A stretch of 64,000 nucleotides of DNA, taken from positions 114,328,001-114,392,000 of the forward strand of contig NC_043003.1 in the NCBI RefSeq assembly GCF_006345805.1, given 5' to 3'. The notes below the pieces were generated by a model. It was not told the origin of the DNA. It saw only the letters and a program-made list of their open reading frames with translations, and searched no databases. Of the stretch, positions 1 to 12,693 are shown piece by piece. Each line of letters starts with the position of its first letter. The first letter of the stretch is position 1. Source of the stretch: Octopus sinensis (Eukaryota). Both the position numbers and the translations under genes were made by a program.

Positions 1-1700
1 TCTCTGATTCTGGGATGGTAAAGAAGTTTTCCAGTGTCCGAAGAAAACCAGAAACGATTACTATTCCTTTCTATCCACTGCACTGCGTTAAGTCGAAGAC
101 AATGAGGGAATACTTTATGAAATTGTTAAATATGGAATTCACCAATTCCGTAAACCTTTTTCTTGTAATTATTTCAAGACATTATCCAGAAAAAATTGTT
201 TCATAGTCAAAGTTAACTGAGTTAGAGAATACACTTAATGAAATAGAAAACACAATTTCTAATTACGTAGACTCTTTGAGAAATGCTTTATATTTTTAAG
301 TCACAAGTGCAGTTCAATCCTTGGAGTTTTCATGTATTATGAAGACAGTGATAACATGTTTGCATATCTGAAGGAAATGTTTTAAAAAAAGATTTATGCA
401 TTGCAGTCGGTTGCCGAGCAGAGTGTTACAGATTTGATCGATCTTGGTATGGAGAATTTTCTTTTGTTTTCTTTTAACATAATTTTTTTGCTTTCATCTC
501 AAGATTTCTGATTTTGTTGAATTTGAATAAAGGAAACACCTTACTCAGTGAAAATTGGCAGTCACTGTTACTCGGCATCGCTAGGTTATGCAGATGTTTT
601 CTGCCTCAAAATTCTTCTTTTTTAACACAGGACAAACCAACAACGGCAATTAGAAATACTCTTTGAGAATGAAACGAATTAAATTTACCTCTGGGCCTTG
701 CGCTTGTTAATCAATGTGTTTCGCATGCAGTCAACAAATTGAAAATGAAAATAATTCTGTTGCAGAACTTTGGTCAAATTTGGAATCTTTCAATAAAATT
801 TTGCTGAACAAATCAACATACACATGAATATTAAGGGATTGCTTGCTTAAAAACGTGAAAGACTGTTACAAGTTTTGTACAGAAATATTTCAGTTACAAA
901 TGATGCTGCGAATCGATTCTCAGATGAATTAAACCAACGGAATATTTTTCATGTTTAGAGATGTTAATGTTAAATGAAGCATAAAAATGGAGTGATATGA
1001 AGGCATGTGTGAAGAAATTGATTGACAACTGAGTTGACTGGGGCAATGAGAGACAAATGCCTTGCTGAAGGTCACAACGAGCTGCCACTTGAGGAATTGA
1101 ACCGATAGCTTTATGGTGAGTTTTTATAACCTATTCACTACGCCATGGCACTTTCCCGTATTCAGTTGGAGCCAAACAACAGCAAGCTAAGTCTGAAAGA
1201 TATGTCAATTCAACAGCCTACGGTTTCTGATACATGTATGTCTTCATTTAAAAATTATTAATAATAATGATAATAGCTTACATCACTACATGTCCACGAG
1301 AAACCATGAATATTAATCAAAAGTGGTGGGGTTCAGACCTTAGCAATGTTATATGGAATATCAACAATTACCCAAGCGTTATAAATTATTGCTTAGAAGG
1401 TCAAAGTGTCATAGAACTCGGTACTAGTATTATTATTGCACGAGCTGAATTATCATAAAGAATTTGAAAGCAACTGTGGACAGCTTCAGGACTTCAGTTT
1501 CTACTGTTGATTAAATTGATGCAAATACTGAACTAGGAAATTATTTTTTTATGAAACTCAGAAGAATATAAGTCAAAGTTGAACTTCACTGAAGTACAAG
1601 AACGACTAACTGACGACTTTCAGACCAGTTCTGGATTTTGCCGTCGAGAACCCAACACATTTATACGGTTAAATGAGTTAACTGCGCTTTGTGATTGACA
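1..1700 (+). pseudogene. Possible decayed intronless coding region, family unidentified
   Basis: A long non-repetitive stretch free of microsatellites. Protein-like segments alternate between frames, broken by stops and frameshifts (e.g. SKLTELENTLNEIENTISNYVDSLRNALYF; WQSLLLGIARLCRCFLPQ; LYGEFL*PIHYAMALSRIQLEPNNSKLSLKDM). No motif recognised with confidence. Confidence 0.25.
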
Positions 1701-2047
1701 CATTTCCAATATCAGGTGGAATGAAACTAGTATCGACCCATGGCAGAATCGAACGTAAGATGTAGCCACAGGAGAAAACAAACAACAAATTAGTCGTTCT
1801 AATGTGATACCATTTTGAACAGCTTACCACATTGGTAGAACGTCAGTATTTAATAAAAAGAAGAAAAAAAGAGAGAAACAAAGTGAAATGAATGGATCTG
1901 AGAAAATATTTTATCGATAATCGAAAAAATGAATGACAAATTAAAAACGGCGAGGTTCAAAATGAAAGCGCAAACAGAGAATAATATTGCGAAAAATTAT
2001 TGATCTGACGGTCTACCGATTCAGCCGTACAACTTGCTTCGTGAACG

Positions 2048-2064
2048 GGATAATAATAATAATA

Positions 2065-2100
<36 letters not shown>

Positions 2101-2103
2101 ATC

Positions 2104-2142
<39 letters not shown>

Positions 2143-2145
2143 TAA

Positions 2146-2201
<56 letters not shown>

Positions 2202-2374
2202 CAGGAGGGGGATTACTAAGTACAAAGCAGGAGTTTTAAACAATTTATTGCTTTTCTAAATGTTTAATTTCATTTACAGAACTAAAATCGCTACTGAATG
2301 AGTTAAGATCACACATTCTCACTCTCAAGATCTGGAAGTGGTATAGCGTTCTGTGCGAGACGGTGCATATATGA

Positions 2375-2434
<60 letters not shown>

Positions 2435-2700
2435 TGAGAGAGAGGGAAAAGCTTCAAACGAAGATCAGCAGTGATGGGCGAGAGGCTGAAAGGATTTGGC
2501 TGAAGCCAGACAATAAAGTTGTAGAGAAAAGATTTCCTGTAAGGGTCATAACACGGGTGAAAGAGATTTGGCAAAATATCAAAACAGATTGGCTTAATTA
2601 GTGAGAAGTTAAGTTTTAATGAGGCGGGAGCTGGCTGAATCGAAATAACTTTAACAAGAGAAAATATACCTCGGTGTCTACACACCTATGTGAATGCTAG

Positions 2701-2778
<78 letters not shown>

Positions 2779-2890
2779 CTATATATATCTATCTGCTTAT
2801 CTGCATAAAGATATATATACGTACATATGTACACACACACAACACACACACACACACACATACACACACACATGTATATACGAACATATA
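2048..2890. repeat. Compound microsatellites (AAT/GAT)n, (GT)n, (AT)n, (AC)n
   Basis: Direct reading: arrays at about 2050-2200, 2376-2433, 2704-2790 and 2830-2870. Confidence 0.95.
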
Positions 2891-3171
2891 CTGCACACGC
2901 ATACACGCTCGCGCGCATATTTCACTGTTGAAAGATAAGTATAATTTGTAAGTAATTTAATTGGTGAGTGTACCATTAGATGAATAACAATAAGAAGCAA
3001 GTGAAGATGTGATAAAAGAGAGCCTAGTGGAGAAATAACACAACAAACTATTGAATGTGTATCTCGTGGAAGTTTTGAGGTTGGGGCAAGTTCGAACACT
3101 TGTTCAGTTAATGTTTTTCGATCCGATAAACTTTGTTTCATCACCACCAAATTTGTGTCCTCATCGATAAA

Positions 3172-3390
3172 CTTCTTCTTCTTACAGCATTCACCCGGGG
3201 TGGGTTGAGCTGGATCCATTCATCCTCAATGCTGCATCTCTCACAAATGCCGACCAGGACTGGCTATCTGAGGCTAACGACCGCGTGATCTCCAACCACT
3301 CTTTATTCCAGCGGCGAACGCCGTAGATATGGGGGCCTAGGTTGGGTTCTCGGTTTATCATCGATAAACTGGGAGTCTGAAAGGTTGATC
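3172..3390 (-). mobile_element. 3' end of an RTE-clade LINE (5'-truncated)
   Basis: Minus-strand peptide EPNLGPHIYGVRRWNKEWLEITRSLASDSQSWSAFVRDAALRMNGSSSTHPG*, followed by ATGCTGT(AAG)n tail. This matches the W..RW...W......A.....W...VRD C-terminus typical of RTE ORFs. Confidence 0.7.
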
Positions 3391-3572
3391 TACTTACATT
3401 TACTGCTTGAAAATACAAAATTTCTTAAATTTGTCACATCTATATGTCTCTTGCTGAAGTTTCCATATGTGTGCACGTAAGTGTTTGCAATGGAATGGCC
3501 AAGAGGAAGTCTATGTCGGCTCACGTCAATTCAAGAAACTTAGAAAAGGCATGGTACCCGCCACGGTATCAT

Positions 3573-3797
3573 CGAGCTGGCAGAAACGTTAGCACGCTGG
3601 GCGAAATACGTAGCCGTATTTCGTCTGCCGTACGTTCTGAGTTCAAATTCCGTTGAGGTCGACTTTGCTTTTCATCCTTTCGGGGGCCGATAAATTAAGT
3701 ACCAGTTACGCACTGGGTCGATGTAATCGACTTAATTCCTTTGTCTGTCCTTGTTTGTCCCCTCTATGTTTAGCCCCTTGTGGGCAATAAAGAAATA
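3573..3797 (+). mobile_element. tRNA-derived SINE, family A (Meta-domain-like)
   Basis: Head gagctggcagaaacgttagc, B-box gagttcaaattcc, central gtcgactttgcttttcatcctttcggg..gataaattaagtaccag. 8-bp TSD ggtatcat at 3565-3572 and 3798-3805. Confidence 0.9.
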
Positions 3798-4310
3798 GGT
3801 ATCATACCTGCTTGCAAGTGACGACTGAGGTTTCTTTTGCTTTTTTGTTGTCGATTAAGATTTAGTTGTGTGATGAAACTGAACTGATCTTTCCAGTAAA
3901 GTGTTCGTAGCTGAGCGTTTCACGCAGCTTTCGATAACACTGCACTGCAGATACAAGATAGACGTCGACCTAATTTCCCTCAGTTTTATCGTCCCAAGAT
4001 GCTAAGCAATTGGAATGAGCTCATTTCTTCCGGTTTCCTGTGAAATCTACTGATATTTCTTAGCTGTCTGGGAAAGGACTGAAACCCAGAATCTGATATC
4101 GTTGATGGTGATCAACTGGCTTGATTCTGTTGTGGGCGGATTCAGGTTAGTGACGAAGAATGTGAGGAAGTGTAACGAATACCGAGGTTGCGCGAGAGGG
4201 GGGGGGAGAATATGTACATTTTGACAAAAATGTCTTACATTCCTGCTTTACCATTCCCTCACACCTTCCCCAAACCACCACCACTACCATTATCATCATC
4301 ATCCGCTATA

Positions 4311-4675
4311 GGCTCATGGTTGGTTATGTCGTAAGTAGCTTGCTTCCCAACCACATAGTTCCGGGTTCAGTCCCACTGCGTGGCACCTTGGGCCGACCAA
4401 AGCCTTGTGTGTGGATTTGGTAGAAGGAAACTGAAAGAAGCCCGTCGTCTGTGCATGTGTGTGCGTGTATGTGCTTGTGTTTGTCCCCCCAACATCACTT
4501 GACAAATGATGCTGGTTTGTTTACGTTCCCGTAACTCAGCGGTTCGGCAAAAGAAAAACCGATAGAATAAGTACTAGGCTTACAAAGAATAAATCCTGGG
4601 GTCGATTCGTTCGGCTAAGGGCGGTACTCCAGCATGGCCGCAGTCAAATGACTGAAACAAGTAAAAGAATAAAAG
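4311..4675 (+). mobile_element. tRNA-derived SINE, family B (CORE-like), with internal (TG)n and long tail
   Basis: Head gtaagtagcttgcttcccaaccac..ccgggttcagtcccactgcgtggcaccttgggc; tail ending cagcatggccgcagtcaaatgactgaaacaagtaaaaga. Reverse-complement homolog at 28418-28828. Confidence 0.85.
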
Positions 4676-4752
4676 GGTTCTAGATTATTGGGGATTTTAC
4701 TAAAACCATTTTATCCCAAAGCTGTGTAGAGCTTACAGATTTCATTTGCGTT

Positions 4753-4940
4753 GAGTTGGCAGAATCGAAACCGCGCTGCTAAAACTTCTCAGCGGCATTT
4801 CTTCCGTCAATTACGTTCTGAGTTCAAATTCTACCGAGGTTCAGTTTGCCTTTTATCATTTCAGGGTCGATAAAATAAATACCAGTCGTGTACTGGGGTC
4901 AATGCAATCGACTTACCCCCATTCTGCTACAAATTTGTTT
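4753..4940 (+). mobile_element. Diverged SINE family A copy
   Basis: gagttggcagaatcg...gttctgagttcaaattctaccgagg...gtcgataaaataaataccag aligns by eye to the 3573 copy. Confidence 0.75.
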
Positions 4941-5299
4941 GCCTTTTGCCTTTCGAAGAGCCATTTAATTCCATACAACACCTCCGGCCAAACAATGAGA
5001 GATTTATTTATATGGTTGGCAGGTCTTCGGTTTAAGGATATTTGGAGGATTACGATGGAACCAGACGCTAGGCTTTTAGTTTGAAGGCACACTCCCCACT
5101 ACCTTGGGAAAATCCATTTAAGGCTTATTTATGGCTAGTGTCCTGTCACATTTTACTGACAACAAGAAAATCTACAATTAATATTAACACATTCAATACA
5201 CCTGACCACCACTTAAGAAACCACCAATCCACAATTACAACACAGTACCATAGCCATACTATCACCAATAATTTATCAGAAGCGCTTTATTGTAAATCA

Positions 5300-5438
5300 C
5301 ACCACCACCACCATCACCACTACTACCATATTACCGTTATTTCTGCTGCTATTCCTCCTCCCCCTCTTCTCCTCCTCCTCTTCTCCTCCTCCTCTTCCTA
5401 CTACAACTACTACTACTACCACCACCACCACCACCACC

Positions 5439-5489
<51 letters not shown>

Positions 5490-6574
5490 TGTACTACTAC
5501 TACTACTACTACTACTGCTAACACCTCAACAGCTATTATCAACTCGGCACTCCATCACTATCATAATTAACTCCACACCACTAACAGCGCAGCGGTGAGA
5601 CCAGCACCAGCACCTATACTACAATTATCACTGTCATTAAGAGTACCACTAACACCATCGCCGCTACCATAAGCAAAAGACCAACCACTTCTTCACTTTT
5701 ACCGCAACTAACAACACACTACCACCAACACTCACCCAACTCCAGCACCACTATTACTACAACCTCCACCACCACCACAACCCAGAATTAACACAATACC
5801 ACATCGCCTTCACCAGCACCCTATCCCCACCATCACCATCATCACTATCATTACCACCACTACCATCATCCCCATCATCATCACCACTGCTACCACAACC
5901 AATACTGCTCCGTCGCTATTTTCGCTATTACCGCCACTATTCCATCTCCCGCCAGTAACTTCTCCACCACTGTGGGTGGGTGGGTGGGTGACGGGTCATC
6001 AATACACCACTCCGACCCCCCCCCCATCATATCACACTGCAACACCGCCCCGCTACCATCAACCAGCCCCCGCGCCTTCAGTTAATTAGTCTGTTTCCCC
6101 TATATGTGTTTATTTATTCGCTAATTGGAATGACGAGCACCGAGTCTATGGAGCGGGGGGGAATGACGGGGGGGGTAGAAGGAGTGGCGGTGGTGGAGGT
6201 GGTGGTGGTGGTGGTGGAGGTATGTGCCGGTTTGGTCGGGTATGGAGGAAGTGAGAAATAGGGACAAACAGAGAAGGGGTGGGGGAAGTGTGAGGGTGGG
6301 GAGCATTAAGGAGATAATTGAGACAAAGGGGTGGATTGAAGGTAAATTGATAAGTGAGGGTGTAATGGCTGTAGTAGGGGAACTGAATGGGGTGCGGAGA
6401 GGATGGCGGATGTATAGGAGATAGTATGGAGGTGGTGGAGGTATTAAATATAGGAATGTTGTATTGGAAATTTGGTGGTAGTGGCGGCAGTGGTTTTCGC
6501 GGTTGAGGTGGTAGTAGCGGTGATGGTGGAGGTGATAGTCTTATTAAATATAGTAGTAGTAGTAGTAGTAGTAC

Positions 6575-6607
<33 letters not shown>

Positions 6608-6660
6608 CAGCAGCAGCAGCAGCAGCAGTTTAATACTGGTTGAGGTGGTAATGATGTTAG
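5300..6660. repeat. Low-complexity (CAC/TAC/CTC)n and (GGT/AGT/AGC)n tracts
   Basis: Direct reading; source of the homopolymeric ORFs in the track. Confidence 0.9.
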
Positions 6661-7010
6661 ACATAATAGTGTGGTGATAGTTTATAATGCAGTGATCGTG
6701 GTAGTGGCCGTTCTAATGTTGGTAAATGGGTAAAAGCGTTCCAGCCATGGCTTTCCCGTCGGTATATTTCAGATATTTACGACTACATGTATTCTTCTTC
6801 CCTTATTAAGATAATAAGATGCGATTTGAGGGGAATTCATTTGCTATTTCTTGCAAATCAACCAATTGCGCGATAGCTCCATTGTAAGTTCGTGAGAATA
6901 GGATTAATGGTGGTGTGGGGGAGTGAAGGATAATTTGGTGGGAAGGATATGGGGCTGTGACAATGGTAAGGTGGTGGTGGTGGTGGTGGTGGTGGTATTA
7001 CGATGTTTTA

Positions 7011-7242
7011 AGGCGGCGAGCTGGCAGAAACGTTAGCGTGCCAGGCGAAATGCTTAGCGGTATTCCGTCTGGCGCAACGTTGTGAGTTCAAATTCCGCTG
7101 AGGTCGACTTTGCCTTTCATCCTTTCGGGGTCGATAAATTAAGTACCAGTTACGCACTGGGGTCGATGTAATCGACTTAATACCTATGTCTGTCCTTGTT
7201 TGTCCCCTCTGTGTTTAGCCCCTTGTGAATAATAAAGAAATA
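7011..7242 (+). mobile_element. Full-length SINE family A with 17-bp TSD
   Basis: Intact head aggcggcgagctggcagaaacg. TSD ggtattacgatgtttta at 6994-7010 and 7243-7259. Confidence 0.93.
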
Positions 7243-7267
7243 GGTATTACGATGTTTTAGTGGTCAA

Positions 7268-7497
7268 GACGACGATGGATCCAGTTGATCCGATCAATGG
7301 AATTGCTTTCACGTGAAATTAACGTGCAAGTGACTGAGTACACCGCAGACGCGTGAATCCGCACCAGGTAGTTCTCAGGGAGAGTCAGCGTGACATGGTG
7401 GGACAAGGCTGGCCTCTTGAAAAACGGGTCCTACTCATTTTTGCCAGCTGAATGGACTGAAGCAACATGAAATAACGTGTCTTGCTCAAGAACAAAA
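7268..7497 (-). mobile_element. Diverged SINE fragment sharing the family C 3' tail
   Basis: gttgatccgatcaatgg..cgtgaaattaacgtgcaagtg..cagcgtgaca matches the tail at 34490-34650; the CORE-like cgtgtcttgctcaag lies at the other end. Confidence 0.7.
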
Positions 7498-8746
7498 TGT
7501 TCCCTTTTCTTTTGACAGCATCAAAGAAGAAGAAGAAATAATACTCGTCCAGAAGCACTTATGTAGTGATTCATCTTCTAAAGCTTGTAGAAACAGATAA
7601 AAAAAAATAATTTGAAAATCCGTAGTAAGAAATAAAGGATATGGTATGACGCCTGAAAATGAGTTGGAAAATGACTTGTGAGGAGGTTGACAGGAATCAG
7701 AATTAGGAAGACCAAGGAAACGGTATTCAGGGCCTGTTAGCTGTTTGCACAAGTCGGCCTCTATTACCCGCCATGTTGGCTGTCCCCACTTGTCCTGCAT
7801 TTGTTATTGGGATTGTTAAATGCTTACTCGGGTTACTGTTGTGCAGCCGAAATTTAGCTTTTATTGAGCAACCGTTTCACAGTGAAGTAGTCAGGTGATC
7901 GATCAGTTCCAGCCTATAGATCTACCTTCTCTGTTATACAACGTTTCCGCTTCTCCACACAATCTGACATGTGGCGATGAATCATATTGGTTGTCTCATG
8001 ACATTCTGGGCATACTCTGCGAGATGTTTTATGTCTTCCTTCTTGTCATAGATTCAAAACTGGCAAAGATAGGGTTATTCAGAACACGACAGTTGGTGCT
8101 ATTCTCAACTTTGTTTCTGGCATATGTCCTTGCACAGTGCTTACCAGTTTATAATCCCCATTCCAGTTCTGGCTAAACGCAAACGATAGAATTTTAAGTT
8201 TGTTATCGTAGCCGTTCTCTGCTCTTGAACAAATATCTATTTTGGAGGTGATTCTTCAAGTAATACAACGAAAGGGGAGGTTGGATGTTGCAATACCCAT
8301 GGGGTTTCTCGTTTTCATTACGTTAGCTGTATTATGTCTATATCGTCTATATACACCCTGTGGTGTTGCATAGTCTGCGGTTTTAAGCTTTCGGTAATTA
8401 ATCGTTGGGTGTTGTGGCGAAATTAGGGACTCTATAAAGACTTACAGAATCCACATTTGCATTCTTTATACATCGTTGTTGGTGTTATTTCATTCTGTTG
8501 GCCAAATGTGGTTCTTGTGATTGTTCTGTGTTCGGACATCGGTTTGGTTCCTTATAGAAGTCTGGTGAACGCTGCAGCAGTGTTGTGGGCAATTCCTAGA
8601 ATTGTAACTCTCTGATGTTCTGCAGAGTGGTTATGTTTGTATTTATGTTATTGTGCAGGAGTTACATTTAATGGCCGCTGTTGCTGCTGCTACTTGTTGT
8701 TGTTGTTGTTGTTGTTGTTGCTAAGCAACAAGACGGGTAAGGGTGA

Positions 8747-8926
8747 TTAGGTGATGATCTTGGGCTTAGGGGCGGGAGACCCCCAGACCTTGGAAAAAAA
8801 AAACTTTGGTCGTCTTGTTGTAGTCGAGGGCTCTTCGTTGACGCCCGACAACACTGGGAGGTGGCCCTCGATGTCGCTGGAAATGGAGATCTCCAGGTCC
8901 AAATTCTTGAACGGCTGCTGCTGCTG
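8747..8926 (-). CDS. Candidate terminal coding exon, product unknown (QQQQPFKNLDLEISISSDIEGHLPVLSGVNEEPSTTTRRPKFFFSKVWGSPAPKPKIIT*)
   Basis: GC-rich island in AT-rich background; strong G/C third-position bias in this frame only; possible acceptor ctctaacttgtcag|CAG at 8927. No homology recognised. Confidence 0.3.
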   Translation of the reverse strand, partial: QQQQPFKNLDLEISISSDIEGHLPVLSGVNEEPSTTTRRPKFFFSKVWGSPAPKPKIIT

Positions 8927-9299
8927 CTGACAAGTTAGAGGACGGATTTGGCAGAGGCTGACATGGTGTTGTGGAACTAGGTCTCTGAAAGATTCCAATA
9001 GAATCGGACTCGTGTAGAACGGTGTCATGTGATTGGGGAATGAATGTGTGTGGTGTCATCTATGTATCAAGCTGCCTGTGTGATTTGTAAAGGAGTCCAA
9101 AGACATAAGGTTTAAGTTGACAACAAAAGTGAATGAGAAGAGACGCCATTGTGCTTCCAGGTCTGACAGCAACGAATTTGTATGTGAGCGATTCGAATGG
9201 AGAATGAGGAATGGAGTCGAAAGCTCTCGGTGGAGTTGCAATTTGAGGTGGCCCTGTGTGTATTGCAGTTGTCGTCTTCGTCGACGCTGTAGCAGTCGC

Positions 9300-9330
9300 T
9301 GTTGTTGTTGTTGTAGTTGTAGTAGTAGTC

Positions 9331-9370
<40 letters not shown>

Positions 9371-9376
9371 GAGTAG

Positions 9377-9410
<34 letters not shown>

Positions 9411-9440
9411 TGGAGTAGTAGTAGTAGTAGTAGTAGTAGT

Positions 9441-9476
<36 letters not shown>

Positions 9477-9670
9477 AGAGGAGGAGGAGGAGGAAGGGGG
9501 GGGCAACAGCAGCAGCAGCAGCAGCTGTTTTCGTCACAATTGTCAATACCACGATTGTCATGGAACATAGCATAAAACATTATCATCCCCTTTACAAAAA
9601 GAATTATAATCCAGAAATACACCACCACCACCACCACCACCACCACCACCACCATCACCGCCGCCGCCAT
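9300..9670. repeat. (AGT)n/(GTT)n/(AGG)n/(AGC)n/(ACC)n compound microsatellite
   Basis: Direct reading. Confidence 0.95.
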
Positions 9671-10220
9671 CTATTGGTCACTACATTTTAATGACGTAAA
9701 TTGTTTGCGTAATGTTTCCCCTTTCTCTTGCCCCTGTGGCGATACTCATTTAAATATTTTTCTTTCTCAAACAACTCTGTGTCATATATCACCGGTTATG
9801 TTTCACTTTTTCAATATTGTTTATAATTTCAGTTTTACTAATTATTTTTATCTTGTCTTTCTTTATTTTTCCAAATTAATTTATTTATTTATTCATTGGT
9901 TCCATTTCGGATTTTCTTCTATTTTTGTTCCTGATTCTATATTCATGGTTTTGTTATTTATTTTTTTTCTTCTTTAAATAAAATAAAATGAAAATAAAAA
10001 AAAGGCTTTTCCATTCGTCAGTAATTACAATCACCAGGAGGTTTCACTAAAAATAAGTGATCCTATAATGTATCTGTGATGTGGTCGGTCATTCACCGCC
10101 CTAGCTCTCTCTCTCTCTCTTTGGAACATCTGCCCGCCCTCATCTCTTCCATATATTCTTCTCTGATGAACACACACATACGAAAGCATATATACACGCA
10201 CTCACACAGACACACACACA

Positions 10221-10252
<32 letters not shown>

Positions 10253-10401
10253 ACACACATACGTAGACAAATATAGATATGAGTGCTACTGTGTAAATAA
10301 ATATAGGTGAATTTTTATGCATATGTATACATGTGTGTGTGTGTATGTATATATCAATAAATAAACATACATACATATATACATATTTGGAGAGAGGGGC
10401 G

Positions 10402-10938
<537 letters not shown>

Positions 10939-11055
10939 TGTTTCTTTATTAGCCACACAGGGCTGCACACAGATAGAACAAATTACAAGGTAGAGCTTTT
11001 CTTTTGAAGGTTAAAAAAAAAAAAAAAAAAAAAAAGGGAAGGGGGAGTTTCAATC

Positions 11056-11058
<3 letters not shown>
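10939..11058 (-). mobile_element. L1/Tx1-like LINE, 3'-UTR-only copy (120 bp) within (GATA)n
   Basis: Near-identical to the 3' end of the 40604 copy (atgtttctttattagccacacagggctgcacacagatagaacaaattacaaggtagagc). AATAAA on the minus strand; (GATA)n directly on both sides. Confidence 0.85.
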
Positions 11059-11092
<34 letters not shown>

Positions 11093-11120
11093 CAGATAGA
11101 TAGATAGATAGATAGATAGA

Positions 11121-12006
11121 TTACTTTATTAGCCACACAGGGCTGCACACAGACGGGGCAGATTACAAAGTAGAGCTTTTCTTTTTGGGGGAAAGAAAAA
11201 AAAGGTGGGGTAGGTTTTCGATCAAAAGGGATCGTAAAAGGGAAAGAAGAAAATAGGAGAAAAAAAGGAAAAGAGACAAAAGAAAAAAAAGCGATCAATA
11301 GGGATCGTGTATCACAGTGTCATGATGTAAAGTGTAAAAGGGGAAGCAGATAAGGTTTATCTGTGGGAAGAAAAGTCTACGGAAAAGACCACGGTAACCT
11401 CGGTCAATGTTATTACATGTTACCACATTTGTTTGCTAGTAGGTAACCCTCTGTTTTAAATTTTCCGGGTTCATAGGATTATGCTCAAGGTGGCGTCGTC
11501 ATTCATACGTGCCATCCTTGCTACATTCACCCATCTTTTTTTAAAACATTCGCTAGACAAAACTTGCCTCTCTTCTCTCACTTTCCTTTTCAAGTGATAC
11601 TTGAAGAAGTTGATGAGAGATTTACCAGAGAGGAAAGTGTTTGTCTCCAATCCTTTCAGACGCGTCCACCAGATACATTCTTTCGCCATAACCACAGGGA
11701 TAATGAAAATAGCTCTTCCTTCCCGTTTGAAGGAAGGAGGCGTGACAATATTGACGATAGACTCGGCTAATAAACCGACTCGTCCCACATGTGACAGCAG
11801 TCGTTCGACATAAGCCCACAGATCGGAAATTGTCGGACACTGCACGAGTGCGTGCAGAGCGGTTTTGTCGCTCTGACCGCATCTCGGGCAGGTCGGCAAA
11901 GTGTTTCTCGAGCCGTGTCTGTAGAGCTTATCCCGAACAGGTAGCGCTTTTCGATAGCACTGCCAGGCCAGGGATCTCTGGAAGTTGTCCATGGGCCCTG
12001 GCCCGA
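11121..12006 (-). mobile_element. L1/Tx1-like LINE, ORF2 C-terminus (zf-RVT/CCHC) plus 3' UTR, within (GATA)n
   Basis: ORF 11471-11992: [27 protein letters not shown] is the L1-clade C-terminal Cys/His knuckle. GATA arrays on both flanks. Confidence 0.88.
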
Positions 12007-12009
12007 TAT

Positions 12010-12046
12010 ATAGCTAGCTAGCTAGATACATATATAGGTAGGTAGG

Positions 12047-12104
<58 letters not shown>

Positions 12105-12125
12105 TATAGATAGATAGATAGGTAG

Positions 12126-12206
<81 letters not shown>

Positions 12207-12207
12207 G
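12010..12207. repeat. (GATA)n array
   Basis: Direct reading. Confidence 0.97.
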
Positions 12208-12649
12208 GTATGCAAACGAATATGTGTACGTATTCATTTGCTCTTAATTGATGCTACACTATAAAATATGTATGAGTACAAAGAGATACACGTACATGCG
12301 CACACAATAATTAATTAATTCTAAATGAGAAGAGAAGTTGTAGCCCAGATATGGTTAATACTCCATGGCAGAGAATCCTGCTGATCCCAAACCTGAAACA
12401 ATGCTATTTTCAACAAATTAGTCCTTACCAGCGCCAATCTAGTTAGAAGCACGTCTGTTCTCCCAGCCGGGTTTATGTATTTAACTCATTATCCACAATG
12501 AAACAAGTTGCGCTGTCGACATACTAATTAGTGATGCAGAATAATTACGAACTCCTCTGTGGAGCAAGAGGTCTTACACAATTTTCTCCAACACTAATTG
12601 CCACATCTACACACCAAATGGTTTATTCTAGAAATTGATCAACAAATAT

Positions 12650-12690
<41 letters not shown>

Positions 12691-12693
<3 letters not shown>

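Noticed and set aside
540-1200. Assigning the 5' decayed ORF to midasin or GVIN1
   Set aside because: Only loose spacing similarity recalled from memory; not sufficient for a name.
7800-8700. Additional Dong-like LINE on the minus strand
   Set aside because: Only faint traces (RLCGEAET; TLQ..TILGIAH) in inconsistent order; too degraded to support a call.
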